64,000 nt of DNA from sequence record MH791411.1, one strand, 5' to 3'. Positions 48,441 to 58,460 of the stretch are shown piece by piece. Position 1 is the first letter of the stretch, and every line of letters begins with the position of its first letter. A program made the position numbers and the translations under genes. The notes beneath the pieces were generated by a model that did not search any database, was not told where the DNA came from, and was given only the letters and a program-made list of their open reading frames with translations.

Positions 48441-48821
48441 TCAAAATAAATTCATTTCATGTGCGTATTGTGGTTCAAGATGCGATAAGTTTTTGAAGCT
48501 TTCTTTCAACTCAGCATCATCTACATACACCGTGCCTGGTACATTCCCCATAGTGAAACCTACCCACACAGTCATGTCACCAGTCCCTAAGCGTGGCATT
48601 GATAGCGAACCATCAGGTGAAACATCAAACGCTACACTGAAGTCATCAGTAACAACGTCAGAACCATTTTCGAGAATAATACATCCACTATCTTTAAGCT
48701 TCTGAATGTGGATAGCAGCCTCTACAGCACGTTTGAAGTTATAGTAAGACTCTTTATCCTCAAACATTGATTGTTTAATCAGACGCTTGTTTAGCTCGGT
48801 TACTTTGTGCATTTGACGCAT
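48441..48821 (-). CDS. hypothetical protein
   Basis: 126 aa. Confidence 0.75.
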   Translation of the reverse strand: MRQMHKVTELNKRLIKQSMFEDKESYYNFKRAVEAAIHIQKLKDSGCIILENGSDVVTDDFSVAFDVSPDGSLSMPRLGTGDMTVWVGFTMGNVPGTVYVDDAELKESFKNLSHLEPQYAHEMNLF

Positions 48822-49078
48822 TACTTATCCATCTCCCACAGTTGTAGAATTTCATAAGAGCCTGGTGGTGCAGGATTCCTGATCTCAGGGAATTGAGTAC
48901 TTTTAGGATTTCCACCAGCATTAAATTCGTCAAGTAATGATTCCAGTTCGCGACGATCCTGAACAACATAAACACAATCACCTGAACCTTCTTCGAGAAT
49001 CATTTCACTTCCTGCACAATCCCATACTATTGAGATACATAGAATCTCTTTTGTATTTTTATTACGCAATGCAAACAT
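48821..49078 (-). CDS. hypothetical protein
   Basis: 85 aa; MFALRNKNTKE similar to MYALYNKEKKQ of 46687. Confidence 0.75.
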   Translation of the reverse strand: MFALRNKNTKEILCISIVWDCAGSEMILEEGSGDCVYVVQDRRELESLLDEFNAGGNPKSTQFPEIRNPAPPGSYEILQLWEMDK

Positions 49079-49087
49079 AGCAATCCC

Positions 49088-49456
49088 CTATCGATTTGGC
49101 ATTTTATCTCGTAATTTCACAAGATAATCAATCACGGTACATCCTGAAATAAAGGTAATATAAGTACTGAAAAATCCTACCAGAATAAAGGCAACAAGCG
49201 TACTCCCATTTGGTTCTTCAGCTTTAATACCAATGATACCATCAGATGCAGTGAAAAATGTAGACATAAACGTTAGACAGATGTACATCACTAATAAGAA
49301 TTCATGTTCTAATGACGGATAAAAACGGTCAAAGAGTTTATAAAATTTAAAGTACAGTAGGAGTATACCAACAAAGGCATAGAAAGTAAACAGTGTTGTT
49401 ATGATATATGATATTAAATTTAAATTATACATCTCAACGCTCCGGTAGATTATCAC
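49088..49456 (-). CDS. 3-TM membrane protein, paralog family
   Basis: LYFK...LRDKMP. Confidence 0.8.
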   Translation of the reverse strand: MIIYRSVEMYNLNLISYIITTLFTFYAFVGILLLYFKFYKLFDRFYPSLEHEFLLVMYICLTFMSTFFTASDGIIGIKAEEPNGSTLVAFILVGFFSTYITFISGCTVIDYLVKLRDKMPNR

Positions 49457-49781
49457 GTAATGTTTTGATTCGATTATACAATTTCATTGCTACATTTCCA
49501 AATAAACCAAAACCCATTACTAAAATGTATGCGATGAACATAGTAATAATCACAATAGTACCTAGACTGTAATGTACTGCACTAATACCCATTATTGTTT
49601 CTACAATGATGTGAGCAACAGAAATAATCAAAAGTACTACTACAATTGGATGATTTGGATACATTCGGTTAAACAATGTTTTGTACTTAAAGAAGTACAG
49701 TACTCCACCAAATAAGAAGTACACAATGTAGATTGATGCAATAGCATAAGCAAAAGCATTAGTGTAGAAAATCATTATCAA
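49434..49781 (-). CDS. 3-TM membrane protein, paralog family
   Basis: YFFK...LRDNLP. Confidence 0.8.
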   Translation of the reverse strand: MIMIFYTNAFAYAIASIYIVYFLFGGVLYFFKYKTLFNRMYPNHPIVVVLLIISVAHIIVETIMGISAVHYSLGTIVIITMFIAYILVMGFGLFGNVAMKLYNRIKTLRDNLPER

Positions 49782-49784
49782 TCC

Positions 49785-50123
49785 TTACTTTTCAGGGATT
49801 TTATCACGCCACTCATCAATACGATGAAGCAGTTTAAAGAGCAAAAATATCGGAACAGTAGCTATCATAATGGCAATTGTTAGTAATGTCAACCCCGATA
49901 CGAGATTTAATTCGTCAGTACTATATCCACATACCAGTGCTTCAATTATCCCCCACGTACATGCACAGAACATCATAAATGAAATGGGTGCATCGTAGTA
50001 TATGCGTTGATACAAGGTTGTGTATCGGAAGAATGCAATAATGTAACAAAACATGTAATACACCCAAATTAACGATACTACATAAAATGATACCTTATTA
50101 ATTAATTCAAAATGTTGTTCCAT
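49785..50123 (-). CDS. 3-TM membrane protein, paralog family
   Basis: AFFR...WRDKIP. Confidence 0.8.
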   Translation of the reverse strand: MEQHFELINKVSFYVVSLIWVYYMFCYIIAFFRYTTLYQRIYYDAPISFMMFCACTWGIIEALVCGYSTDELNLVSGLTLLTIAIMIATVPIFLLFKLLHRIDEWRDKIPEK

Positions 50124-50133
50124 TTTTTTACCC

Positions 50134-50409
50134 CTACATATATTCTAAGAATAATGTATTAGCTTCGTCTATGTTCTTAAGATAATACATGTAATACAGA
50201 TTTGGTTGTCCGTCTTTTGAACTCAAATCAAAGTACTTTAAACTATGCACCTTCATGACAAAAACAAATAATGACTTAAAACCAATCTCACCGTACTTAA
50301 TAAACAGTTCATCTAAATGAATGTAACTCTTAGTTTCAGATAATTCCTTCACATCAGCTTCAATTTCTTGTAAGCGAAGTTTACCGATTAAGTTTTCAAA
50401 TGAACGCAT
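50134..50409 (-). CDS. hypothetical protein
   Basis: start at MRSFE. Confidence 0.7.
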   Translation of the reverse strand: MRSFENLIGKLRLQEIEADVKELSETKSYIHLDELFIKYGEIGFKSLFVFVMKVHSLKYFDLSSKDGQPNLYYMYYLKNIDEANTLFLEYM

Positions 50410-50420
50410 GATGTTGTTCC

Positions 50421-50834
50421 TTATGCTGGTACACAATTTTTTATAATGAATACACGTTTCATGAATGAACTTTCATATACGTACTTCAGTTTACCATTTT
50501 CACGCATACGATGAAACACATCTTTACCACTAGTACTCCATGTTGAACCAGTCTCTGCATCAACATTGTTCATTACACCAGATGTTACGTTCACCCCGTA
50601 CTTGAAGCTAAAGGTACTGCCTTCTTCTACTAGAGGGATTGGTGTACTACGTTCATGTTCCAGTACAAGTTTACTGCCGATGATGTTGTACGAAGTTAGC
50701 TTGCATTTTAAAACACCCATCTCTTGTGCAGTTGGGTAATTCTTCTCAAATAAATCAGATACTTCATTTGCATAACAAACTGAACTAATCATAAGAAGTA
50801 ATGAACTGATAGAACGGAAAATAACTTTTAACAT
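50421..50834 (-). CDS. exported protein with signal peptide
   Basis: SSVCYA cleavage site; Cys near both ends. Confidence 0.8.
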   Translation of the reverse strand: MLKVIFRSISSLLLMISSVCYANEVSDLFEKNYPTAQEMGVLKCKLTSYNIIGSKLVLEHERSTPIPLVEEGSTFSFKYGVNVTSGVMNNVDAETGSTWSTSGKDVFHRMRENGKLKYVYESSFMKRVFIIKNCVPA

Positions 50835-50900
50835 GTTTGCCTCCAGTAGTTGATGAAATGATTATAGCAAAAAGGGCCGACCGAAGTCAACCCTTTTCTT

Positions 50901-51513
50901 TTATATTTTACATGTCATGTCTGGTTTTGGCTTTTCATTCTTTGGCTTTTCAAATGGATTTGGCTTAGGGGACTTTTTATCTTTGTCATCTTTAGCTTTC
51001 TTTTTGTTTTCTTTTTTATCCGATTTGTCAGCTTTGTCTTTCTTATCTTTTGAATCTTTGTCAGCTTTAGATTGTGGTTCCTCACATACAGCAGTTTTTG
51101 GCTCCGGCATATCACATGAGTTATCCACAGGTTTAATGAACTCTTTACAGTTGTAGAAGTATAAACTTTCATTGGTAGTAAGATTGTGGAATCTAAAAGT
51201 ATTTTCACCATTAGTATATACTTTCTTAGTACTCTCAATATCATTACACATTGCAACCGTGTCACCGGAATTCACGCTCGATACCTAGTATATCCGACTT
51301 ACGTTCAGATAGTATTCCAGACGTATATCGATCTTTGTTATCAAATGCATTGAACCCTATAGTTTTATAATTGTCATGTACCAATCCTCTAGTGTAAGAC
51401 TTGGTATAGAACTCACCGTTTCTAAACTCCTGTCTAGCAATGGAGCACTGGTATTCAGTACTATAAACTATATCAGTAAACAATACAAGTGAAAATAAAA
51501 CATATTTAAACAT
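50901..51513 (-). pseudogene. exported protein probably split by a frameshift near 51280
   Basis: ORFs 51262-51513 (signal peptide, YQC) and 50901-51275 (YFYNC, K/D-rich tail) overlap; second lacks an RBS. Confidence 0.55.
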
Positions 51514-51584
51514 TGCATTACCTCTTATAAAACCCTCTACAATATTTACAAAAAAAGGTTGACCGAAGTCAACCTTTTAAATGT

Positions 51585-53096
51585 TTATTTTTTATCCTTT
51601 CCAACACCACGGTCGTACTCTTTGAATGAGTTATCAAGTGTAGTTAGTGCATACTCATATGCTTCTGGTGATTCAATGTCAACATCATCTGCACCATTTA
51701 CTAAATCAGCCCAAGCCTTTTGAAGTTTACGAGCATTGTTACCAACATTATCTTTAATCCAACTAATGTTTTTGTTGATACTTTTACTATCAGCACCTGC
51801 TTTTTTACCAATCTCGGATATCCACATCATTAGCTTTTGAAGTTCATGAATTGATTTATCGGTCATTTCAAGATGTTCTTCTTCCATACCTTCGGAATCA
51901 GATGAACCAACGTCAATTCCATGTTTAGCTAATAGTTTACCAAGTTCAAAGAATGCAGCTTCAGCAGGGAAGTCATAACCTTTGTCTTTATAGTTATTCC
52001 ATGCACTATCAAACTCGTCAACAAAACGGTTAGCATAATCTGGATTTTTAACTAATGCTTTATATACTGCCATTGCATGTTCAAAACCTTCTTTATCTGA
52101 CCCAAACTCTTCCATCTCAGGACGATGAATGTATCCATCCATATCAACGGTATCAGGTAGATCTTCTTGCTCAGGCTCAACATCTTTCTGTTCAACTGCA
52201 CCTTCTTCATCTTTACGTAGTAGATATCCATCAGGTGTCACTTTCTCACCATGTTCTGCTTCATACTTTTTCATAGTGTTGAATGCAGCATCCATAGCTG
52301 TTACGAAGCGACTTTTCTCACCTTGTACATAAGATTTAAGTGCACTGTTAACTGCATCTGATACGAGCTTAACCTTATCATCTTTACCTTCTAAACGGTT
52401 TTCAAGTTTAGCCAGTACATTCTTGACTTGCTGGGCATTAGCACGTTCTGCTTTACCAATACTATCAAAAATTTTAAGAATACCATCAAGACTTGCTTCA
52501 CCCTGTTCAGGTTCTTTGGAATCTTCTTTGTGTGTACCTTCAAGTGCACGCATGATAGTACTGAATACTTCAGTAGGTTCAGTGCTCTTATTACCTTTCA
52601 TTGCATCAAGTACAGCTTGTGCTTTACCTTTGAGTTCTTCTTTAGGAACTGCCTGTAGTGCTTTGACAATACCCTGAATCAACTGTGGTTTGTTAGCAAA
52701 GATCTTACCTAAGTTATCAGATAACTCTTTAACAGGGTTAGCAGCTTTAGGAGCTTCTGGTTTTGGTTCTTCTTTAGGAACTGCTTGTTCTTTCTCAGCA
52801 CGTTCCATATCAGCAAGGCGTTGTTTCTGTGTTGCGTTAAGAAGACCTAATGAGTTAACATAACGTAGCTTTTCTAGCTCAGTCATGTTCTCAGTACTCT
52901 TAACTTCACCTGCTTCTGCGTTTGCCTTACCAGCTAAACCTGTCCCTTGATTACGTGAACCACGTGACCCCTGTCCTGCTTGGTAGCTATTTTGACGACG
53001 ATTGCGTTCACTCCATTTATCAGAGTGACCTGCCATGTTCCCGCCATTTTTATCAGTAAATTGACCTGGCATTTGATTTCTCTCCATAGATTTCAT
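51585..53096 (-). CDS. late, highly charged protein (possible internal virion protein)
   Basis: 503 aa E/K/D-rich; TATAAATA at 53118-53125. Confidence 0.8.
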   Translation of the reverse strand: MKSMERNQMPGQFTDKNGGNMAGHSDKWSERNRRQNSYQAGQGSRGSRNQGTGLAGKANAEAGEVKSTENMTELEKLRYVNSLGLLNATQKQRLADMERAEKEQAVPKEEPKPEAPKAANPVKELSDNLGKIFANKPQLIQGIVKALQAVPKEELKGKAQAVLDAMKGNKSTEPTEVFSTIMRALEGTHKEDSKEPEQGEASLDGILKIFDSIGKAERANAQQVKNVLAKLENRLEGKDDKVKLVSDAVNSALKSYVQGEKSRFVTAMDAAFNTMKKYEAEHGEKVTPDGYLLRKDEEGAVEQKDVEPEQEDLPDTVDMDGYIHRPEMEEFGSDKEGFEHAMAVYKALVKNPDYANRFVDEFDSAWNNYKDKGYDFPAEAAFFELGKLLAKHGIDVGSSDSEGMEEEHLEMTDKSIHELQKLMMWISEIGKKAGADSKSINKNISWIKDNVGNNARKLQKAWADLVNGADDVDIESPEAYEYALTTLDNSFKEYDRGVGKDKK

Positions 53097-53177
53097 ATTG
53101 TTTATTCTCTATGACTATATTTATAGTATAAAGAAAAGGTTGACCGAAGTCAACCCTATTTTCACTGTACTATACCA

Positions 53178-53474
53178 TTAGTAGTTACAGTCAGCTTTCG
53201 CTGTGAATGTTTTACTTTCACCTCGTTGTGTGGTGATTCGTCCGAGTAAAGTAGTTTTGTCAATAGTCATTGTAGTTAGTACTGGAACATTACCTTCAAA
53301 GTCAATAGCTTTGAAATTGTAGGTGGTTTCATTCTCCACTACACTTGGACCAAAGAGTTCATATGTGTTGATTTCAAGTGTGTCACCATCTGAACGCAAC
53401 AGTGTGCAGTCCAGATTAGGAGTAGCCAGTACTGGGAAAGCCAAAAACATCATCATTACAATAATTAATTTCAT
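53178..53474 (-). CDS. exported protein with signal peptide
   Basis: AFPVLA site; LDC...ADC. Confidence 0.8.
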   Translation of the reverse strand: MKLIIVMMMFLAFPVLATPNLDCTLLRSDGDTLEINTYELFGPSVVENETTYNFKAIDFEGNVPVLTTMTIDKTTLLGRITTQRGESKTFTAKADCNY

Positions 53475-53734
53475 TTCACTTCTCCTGTTTTTTTCTTAGG
53501 ATCAACCAATGACCAAATGAAGAATCCGAGAATTACAAGTACCCACAGAATCATGATAAAGAAAGCGAACAGTACAATAGTGTTTGTCAAAAAGAAATAC
53601 AATAGAATGTTCGACCCAATACTACATACAATCAATGCAGCTTCATGTTTAACAACACGAATGGCTGTAATGAGTGCAGGAAGAAATCCGACAAATAACA
53701 GTACTAACGCATATAGTGATAATGTTTCAGCCAT
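53471..53734 (-). CDS. T4 Imm-like membrane protein
   Basis: FLPALITAIR...SNILL resembles Imm FLPxIIAxxR...LN. Confidence 0.55.
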   Translation of the reverse strand: MAETLSLYALVLLFVGFLPALITAIRVVKHEAALIVCSIGSNILLYFFLTNTIVLFAFFIMILWVLVILGFFIWSLVDPKKKTGEVK

Positions 53735-53943
53735 GATATCCCTTATTTGGTTTGTTCAAAACTAGGTGTATTGATATAGGTGTCAATTGAATAACATACT
53801 GTACCCACTACAACAGCAGCGATTAGGGCAGCGATGATGAATTTAGTACCTTGCATAATTTAATACCTCACGTTGTTTGTATTTTGTATCACTTGATGAA
53901 AATATTATACGACAAAGGGCTGACTGAAGTCAACCCCTTTTAA

Positions 53944-54327
53944 TTATTTTTTAAACTTATGTTTTTCGCCTTCAATAGAGTTCACGATGTCATCATGAAT
54001 CTTGCGAAGGTTATGAGTTTTCTTTAGTGCTTCATGTAGTGCACGGAATGCTGCGTGTACTGTTGCCTTGAAGTGCTCTTTAGGAGTCACTTTAAGTTTC
54101 TCAATGATATCACGTACATAAATTGGATGATCTTCAAATACACGATTCAATTCATGGCCTAGTGATTCTAAACTGAAAGCTTTTTCGCGTGAAGGACGAT
54201 CATGTGCAAGACTTTGGTCAGGCTTTAGTAGACCTAGTGAATCAAGATACTTATGCTTATGTGCATTATCAATTCCAGAAATATCCACATCATGCGATGG
54301 ATCTTTCTTATTCCATTTATCAACCAT
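53944..54327 (-). CDS. late protein, paralog of the N-half of 51585-53096
   Basis: YLDSLGLL/YVNSLGLL and VTPKEHFK/AVPKEELK; TATAAATA at 54360-54367. Confidence 0.8.
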   Translation of the reverse strand: MVDKWNKKDPSHDVDISGIDNAHKHKYLDSLGLLKPDQSLAHDRPSREKAFSLESLGHELNRVFEDHPIYVRDIIEKLKVTPKEHFKATVHAAFRALHEALKKTHNLRKIHDDIVNSIEGEKHKFKK

Positions 54328-54438
54328 TTCATACTCCTTAAAGAGATAAATTACTTTAATATTTATACTTCATGTGCTGTTTATTTCAACAGACACTTAA
54401 GATTATATCACATATGAAATGGTTGTTCCAAAGTCAAA

Positions 54439-54882
54439 TCAGTACTGTTTAAGTTCTGAACTGAAGATAAAGGAATCCATATCTTCTAGTGTTAACTTCA
54501 AGTTCGGTGTGTACTTTAATATCACACATTCAGGTTTCTTAATGGCAGCTTGATAGGCAGCAATTGCCAACTGTTGAAGCTGCTCTGGTGTGTAGTTCAT
54601 GCGTTCTGCATTGAATACGATGTTCTTAATATCACCACCTGGCAGCTTCTCAAACTCACGCATAACAGCAGCCATCACATCATCAGATGTATTCTTATAA
54701 GCCCAATGAGGTAGTTGCATAACGTCATAAATCTCGCCATTGTCGTTCATAAGAGAGATCCATTTTTTACCGTCCGATGAACTAAACAGACGACCTTTAA
54801 TAGCAATGTTCTCTACCAAATTAACAAAGGCAAATATGTCTTGCTCATTTAGTTCAATGCTATTAACGTTAATCCAACCCAT
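54439..54882 (-). CDS. hypothetical protein
   Basis: start at MGWINV. Confidence 0.75.
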   Translation of the reverse strand: MGWINVNSIELNEQDIFAFVNLVENIAIKGRLFSSSDGKKWISLMNDNGEIYDVMQLPHWAYKNTSDDVMAAVMREFEKLPGGDIKNIVFNAERMNYTPEQLQQLAIAAYQAAIKKPECVILKYTPNLKLTLEDMDSFIFSSELKQY

Positions 54883-54895
54883 ACTACATCTCCAG

Positions 54896-55468
54896 TTATA
54901 AATCACGAACGACATTCATTAAACACAATTTGGGCTTTATCGCATTCAAAACCCATATGCATTCTTTGTAAGTTGCTATTATAGCATCTAAATGCTCAGT
55001 TACAATGCTTTCTTGAAAATATTCTTCTTCATTGAGCTTTGCTAAATTAGTCACATCACATGTAGGTACTATAGGTCTGGATTGTACACCCATTCCATTA
55101 TTGATATTGGTAAAATGTAAAAAATTGTACTTCACCACACCGTTATCTACACTTATGATACATGTCAAATGTTCCAACTCAGTTAGTTCGGTATTACAAG
55201 TGACATGAATGAATCCAGCATTATAGGCTCTATAATCATCTACTAATATCTCAAAATCATTACGTTTAAATATAAGTGAAATGAGTTTGTCTTGTGGTTT
55301 AACCTTCTGAAATTTTACCGAATTTACGTATGATACTTTAATCTTAGATGAAATTATCTTTTTACTAAGTGCAGTTAATTCTTCTTTAGCCTTAAAAGTT
55401 AAAGTTATAGGTCTAAATCTAGAACTTTTGTTCTTCTTTGATACTTTGAACTTACCTTTTCTATTCAT
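54896..55468 (-). CDS. hypothetical protein, basic N-terminus, EEYFQES motif family
   Basis: 190 aa. Confidence 0.8.
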   Translation of the reverse strand: MNRKGKFKVSKKNKSSRFRPITLTFKAKEELTALSKKIISSKIKVSYVNSVKFQKVKPQDKLISLIFKRNDFEILVDDYRAYNAGFIHVTCNTELTELEHLTCIISVDNGVVKYNFLHFTNINNGMGVQSRPIVPTCDVTNLAKLNEEEYFQESIVTEHLDAIIATYKECIWVLNAIKPKLCLMNVVRDL

Positions 55469-55522
55469 TAATTAAACCCCACATAAAGTAAAAGGGTTGG
55501 AATAATACCAACCCTATATCTT

Positions 55523-55759
55523 TTATTTTTTAATAGATTCATAAAGCAGAAACAACCAAATAAACATTGATGAACAAACTACTACTGGGATTAATGTAAA
55601 TTCAGTAAAGAATAAAAGTATTCCATAAGTTAGTATGCAACATAAGTTTACGTACATAATTGCTTCTGCATTTTTATTTTTCATTTTATATGCAATGAAT
55701 GTTGGTGACCACATTACCAAAAATGCAAACAACGCACATATGATGATTATAGTTTCCAT
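55523..55759 (-). CDS. T4 Imm-like membrane protein
   Basis: WSPTFIAYKMKNKNAEAIMYVNL. Confidence 0.6.
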   Translation of the reverse strand: METIIIICALFAFLVMWSPTFIAYKMKNKNAEAIMYVNLCCILTYGILLFFTEFTLIPVVVCSSMFIWLFLLYESIKK

Positions 55760-55829
55760 ATTACACCTCCGTAAAATAATGTTCTGTACTGCTATTATTT
55801 ACAGAGAATATCTGAAAAATTGATCTAGA

Positions 55830-56054
55830 TCAATTTTTAGTCACTTTACAATTTGAATCTTTTTTGTACTGAACAATCACATTGTTCTTAAGGAAGATGA
55901 TGGTCCCATAGGAACCTTGGGCTGCAACTTCAACAATATGGTTCTTATATGTTTCAGTATATCCTTCCATCTCGTTGATACACACTACATGATACTTTGG
56001 TTTAGCACATACAACAGTACTCAAGAATAGCAGTACTAGTACTAGATATTTCAT
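55830..56054 (-). CDS. exported protein with signal peptide
   Basis: TVVCA site; VVC...SNC. Confidence 0.75.
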   Translation of the reverse strand: MKYLVLVLLFLSTVVCAKPKYHVVCINEMEGYTETYKNHIVEVAAQGSYGTIIFLKNNVIVQYKKDSNCKVTKN

Positions 56055-56104
56055 TTTATTACCTTATAAACAAGAACAGGAATCCTTTTACGGATTCCTA
56101 TAAT

Positions 56105-56398
56105 TTAGTCCTTTAATGTACCATTGTGTAAACGATTATACACATCATTGCGACGCAACTCAACAATATCTTCAGCGTACTTCATTGTAAACGCCCATGC
56201 TTTTGGATGCACATTAAGCTTCATACGAATGCGATTCTTCATCAATTCACCGCTTAGGCGAACAAACTCATGAACACCACGACTTCCGTACTCTGAAATC
56301 AAATCATTGATGTACATGTTGCGAAGGGTTTCGTCTGTACATTCTTTAACCATTTCTACGTCTGCCACGATGCTTGCATTTACTGAAGTACTGATCAT
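56105..56398 (-). CDS. hypothetical protein
   Basis: 97 aa. Confidence 0.75.
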   Translation of the reverse strand: MISTSVNASIVADVEMVKECTDETLRNMYINDLISEYGSRGVHEFVRLSGELMKNRIRMKLNVHPKAWAFTMKYAEDIVELRRNDVYNRLHNGTLKD

Positions 56399-56409
56399 TT
56401 TAAGTTACC

Positions 56410-56676
56410 TTATTTGAATTGGACTGTAATTTTATCACCTTCAACTACGAACTTACAGTCGTAGCGACGGGCCATATCCATATACATATGCTCAGAATAC
56501 CACGGAACATCAATAACTGGATGCTCTGCGTATTGTAGCACTTCACGGTCACCAACAGTAGTGATGACGAAAGGAATGTTCATCTCTCGCAAAAACAACT
56601 CGGCACCTGGTGAACGATTGACAAACTCAGTGTCGTTACGCAAAGTAAAACCATTGTATTGTAATTTAAGCTTCAT
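56410..56676 (-). CDS. hypothetical protein
   Basis: 88 aa, GAGGA RBS. Confidence 0.75.
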   Translation of the reverse strand: MKLKLQYNGFTLRNDTEFVNRSPGAELFLREMNIPFVITTVGDREVLQYAEHPVIDVPWYSEHMYMDMARRYDCKFVVEGDKITVQFK

Positions 56677-56690
56677 GATTATCCTCTAAG

Positions 56691-57047
56691 TTAATACCAT
56701 TCTTTTAAACCATCAAGTTCGGCTATGTGAGTAATTATAACACAGATAACACTCAGGTCAAGCATTATTTGCTCATAATTTAATTTTATTCTATCATCAC
56801 TGTATGCTCTAAAAACAACATCAAAGTCAAAGTAGTTATCGTTTTCATCATTCATTGGAATGATTCTATATCTACGTCTACCATCATCATTGAATACAGT
56901 CAAACATTGTTTGAATTTCTTCATTAACTGTGTAGTCAATGCATTGTAATATGCAACATCATATTGTGTACAACGTGGGTCATTGGGTAGATAAAACGAT
57001 ACAAATTTTTTTAATTCTATTTGAGTCTTATCCATATACAGCCTCAT
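56691..57047 (-). CDS. hypothetical protein
   Basis: 118 aa. Confidence 0.7.
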   Translation of the reverse strand: MRLYMDKTQIELKKFVSFYLPNDPRCTQYDVAYYNALTTQLMKKFKQCLTVFNDDGRRRYRIIPMNDENDNYFDFDVVFRAYSDDRIKLNYEQIMLDLSVICVIITHIAELDGLKEWY

Positions 57048-57468
57048 GTATTACTCTTTTACTTTGGCGGTACTCATCCTTTGCTTCTCTCACTGACATG
57101 ATACGAACCAGATTGGCACTACCACAATAGTACTGAACCTGACTACGACCAATGTCAACATGATTATCAGGAACTTCATATACTGATACAGCAAACCCTG
57201 CACGATGTAATTTACCCAAGTCCATAGTAAAGAACTTAAACAAATCATTCAAACTCTGACAGCCAAATGCCCAGCCACGTTTGATTGAATAGATTCCATC
57301 TTCAGTTGGTTCTGGTTGGAATTGCGAAGGCGTGGTCATGCACAAACGGTCAAATCCATTTTTAGTACTGTATCGTGAAGAGTACCGTGCGAACGGCCCT
57401 ACTGTTTTTGCTGGATCTAAGTTAGGTTCAATATAACTGAATTTAAGTTCAAAACGATATACGTACAT
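57028..57468 (-). CDS. conserved phage protein, possible ADP-ribosyltransferase-like fold
   Basis: VYR...FGCQS...GRSQV pattern; CDS is secure, function weak. Confidence 0.7.
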   Translation of the reverse strand: MYVYRFELKFSYIEPNLDPAKTVGPFARYSSRYSTKNGFDRLCMTTPSQFQPEPTEDGIYSIKRGWAFGCQSLNDLFKFFTMDLGKLHRAGFAVSVYEVPDNHVDIGRSQVQYYCGSANLVRIMSVREAKDEYRQSKRVIHEAVYG

Positions 57469-57523
57469 AATTAAAATCCCCAGTAGTTGATGAAATAATT
57501 ATAACAAAAAAGGTTGACCGAAG

Positions 57524-57715
57524 TCAACCTTTATTTTGAAGTTCTTGAACTAATTGTCGTACTTCTTTGATGTTATGACACTGCTTTACAGTGAAGTAAT
57601 CATACTTACGACCATAGGTTCTTGGATCATCACCTTCCATATACTGCTGCACATCAAAGATTTGTAAGTAGGGATGCTGCATAACACGAATGTTACCACA
57701 TTGATAAATCAACAT
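57524..57715 (-). CDS. hypothetical protein
   Basis: start at MLIYQC after GAGGA. Confidence 0.7.
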   Translation of the reverse strand: MLIYQCGNIRVMQHPYLQIFDVQQYMEGDDPRTYGRKYDYFTVKQCHNIKEVRQLVQELQNKG

Positions 57716-57719
57716 ATGT

Positions 57720-58070
57720 TTAGTCCTCATATTTACACAAGCCACCGAATGTTGCCTGTTTTGCTGCCTTACGCATCATCACAAGTTTAACATACTGTTC
57801 GCCATTACTTTCTTCATATACATCAACTTGAAGAAATGCAAGCATATTGGGATCAGTATCGTTCGAGTACTGCGTAAAACTAATGTCACCTACAGTATGT
57901 TCTTTAACAAAATTATACACTTCACCATCGATATAAACGATAGTATGGTCATCGCTATCACCTTGGTAAATGTGTTTAATATCACCTTCAGTACAGACTA
58001 GTCCAGGTAATGGTTCTGCATAAGACATACCACATATAATCATACAAACAAAAAACAAAATTACTTTCAT
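57720..58070 (-). CDS. exported protein with signal peptide
   Basis: GMSYA site; LVC...LC. Confidence 0.8.
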   Translation of the reverse strand: MKVILFFVCMIICGMSYAEPLPGLVCTEGDIKHIYQGDSDDHTIVYIDGEVYNFVKEHTVGDISFTQYSNDTDPNMLAFLQVDVYEESNGEQYVKLVMMRKAAKQATFGGLCKYED

Positions 58071-58450
58071 GATTTGTTTCCTTTGGATAAAATGGATTTC
58101 TTCACTTTGTACTGCTTGTAGTTATTATACCAAACATCGATTACATAAATCAAGTACCAAAGTGATGGATATAATGATAGACCAATAAAAACTGAAAAAA
58201 TACTTGTATTAATAAAACCAATACAGTGCAGTGTAAATGCAACGATTAGAATACCAATCGTAATCATACTAGCTGAATATGGTACGCTATCAGATGCGAA
58301 CCATGAATCAACCTTACTAATTAAAGTATACTTCCCAGTACTAACAGCATAAACAATTGCTACTATACCAAATAATGCCATTGAAATAGTTATTACTGAG
58401 TTAATAAGAATCGGAGTAATTAATACATAAAGCATTACATCGTTTATCAT
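58067..58450 (-). CDS. 3-TM membrane protein
   Basis: hydrophobic, basic tail. Confidence 0.8.
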   Translation of the reverse strand: MINDVMLYVLITPILINSVITISMALFGIVAIVYAVSTGKYTLISKVDSWFASDSVPYSASMITIGILIVAFTLHCIGFINTSIFSVFIGLSLYPSLWYLIYVIDVWYNNYKQYKVKKSILSKGNKS

Positions 58451-58460
58451 TTGTTATACC

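Noticed and set aside
50915-52677. Overlapping alternative-frame ORFs (50915-51265, 50917-51156, 52055-52677)
   Set aside because: Frame shadows of K/D/E-rich coding sequence
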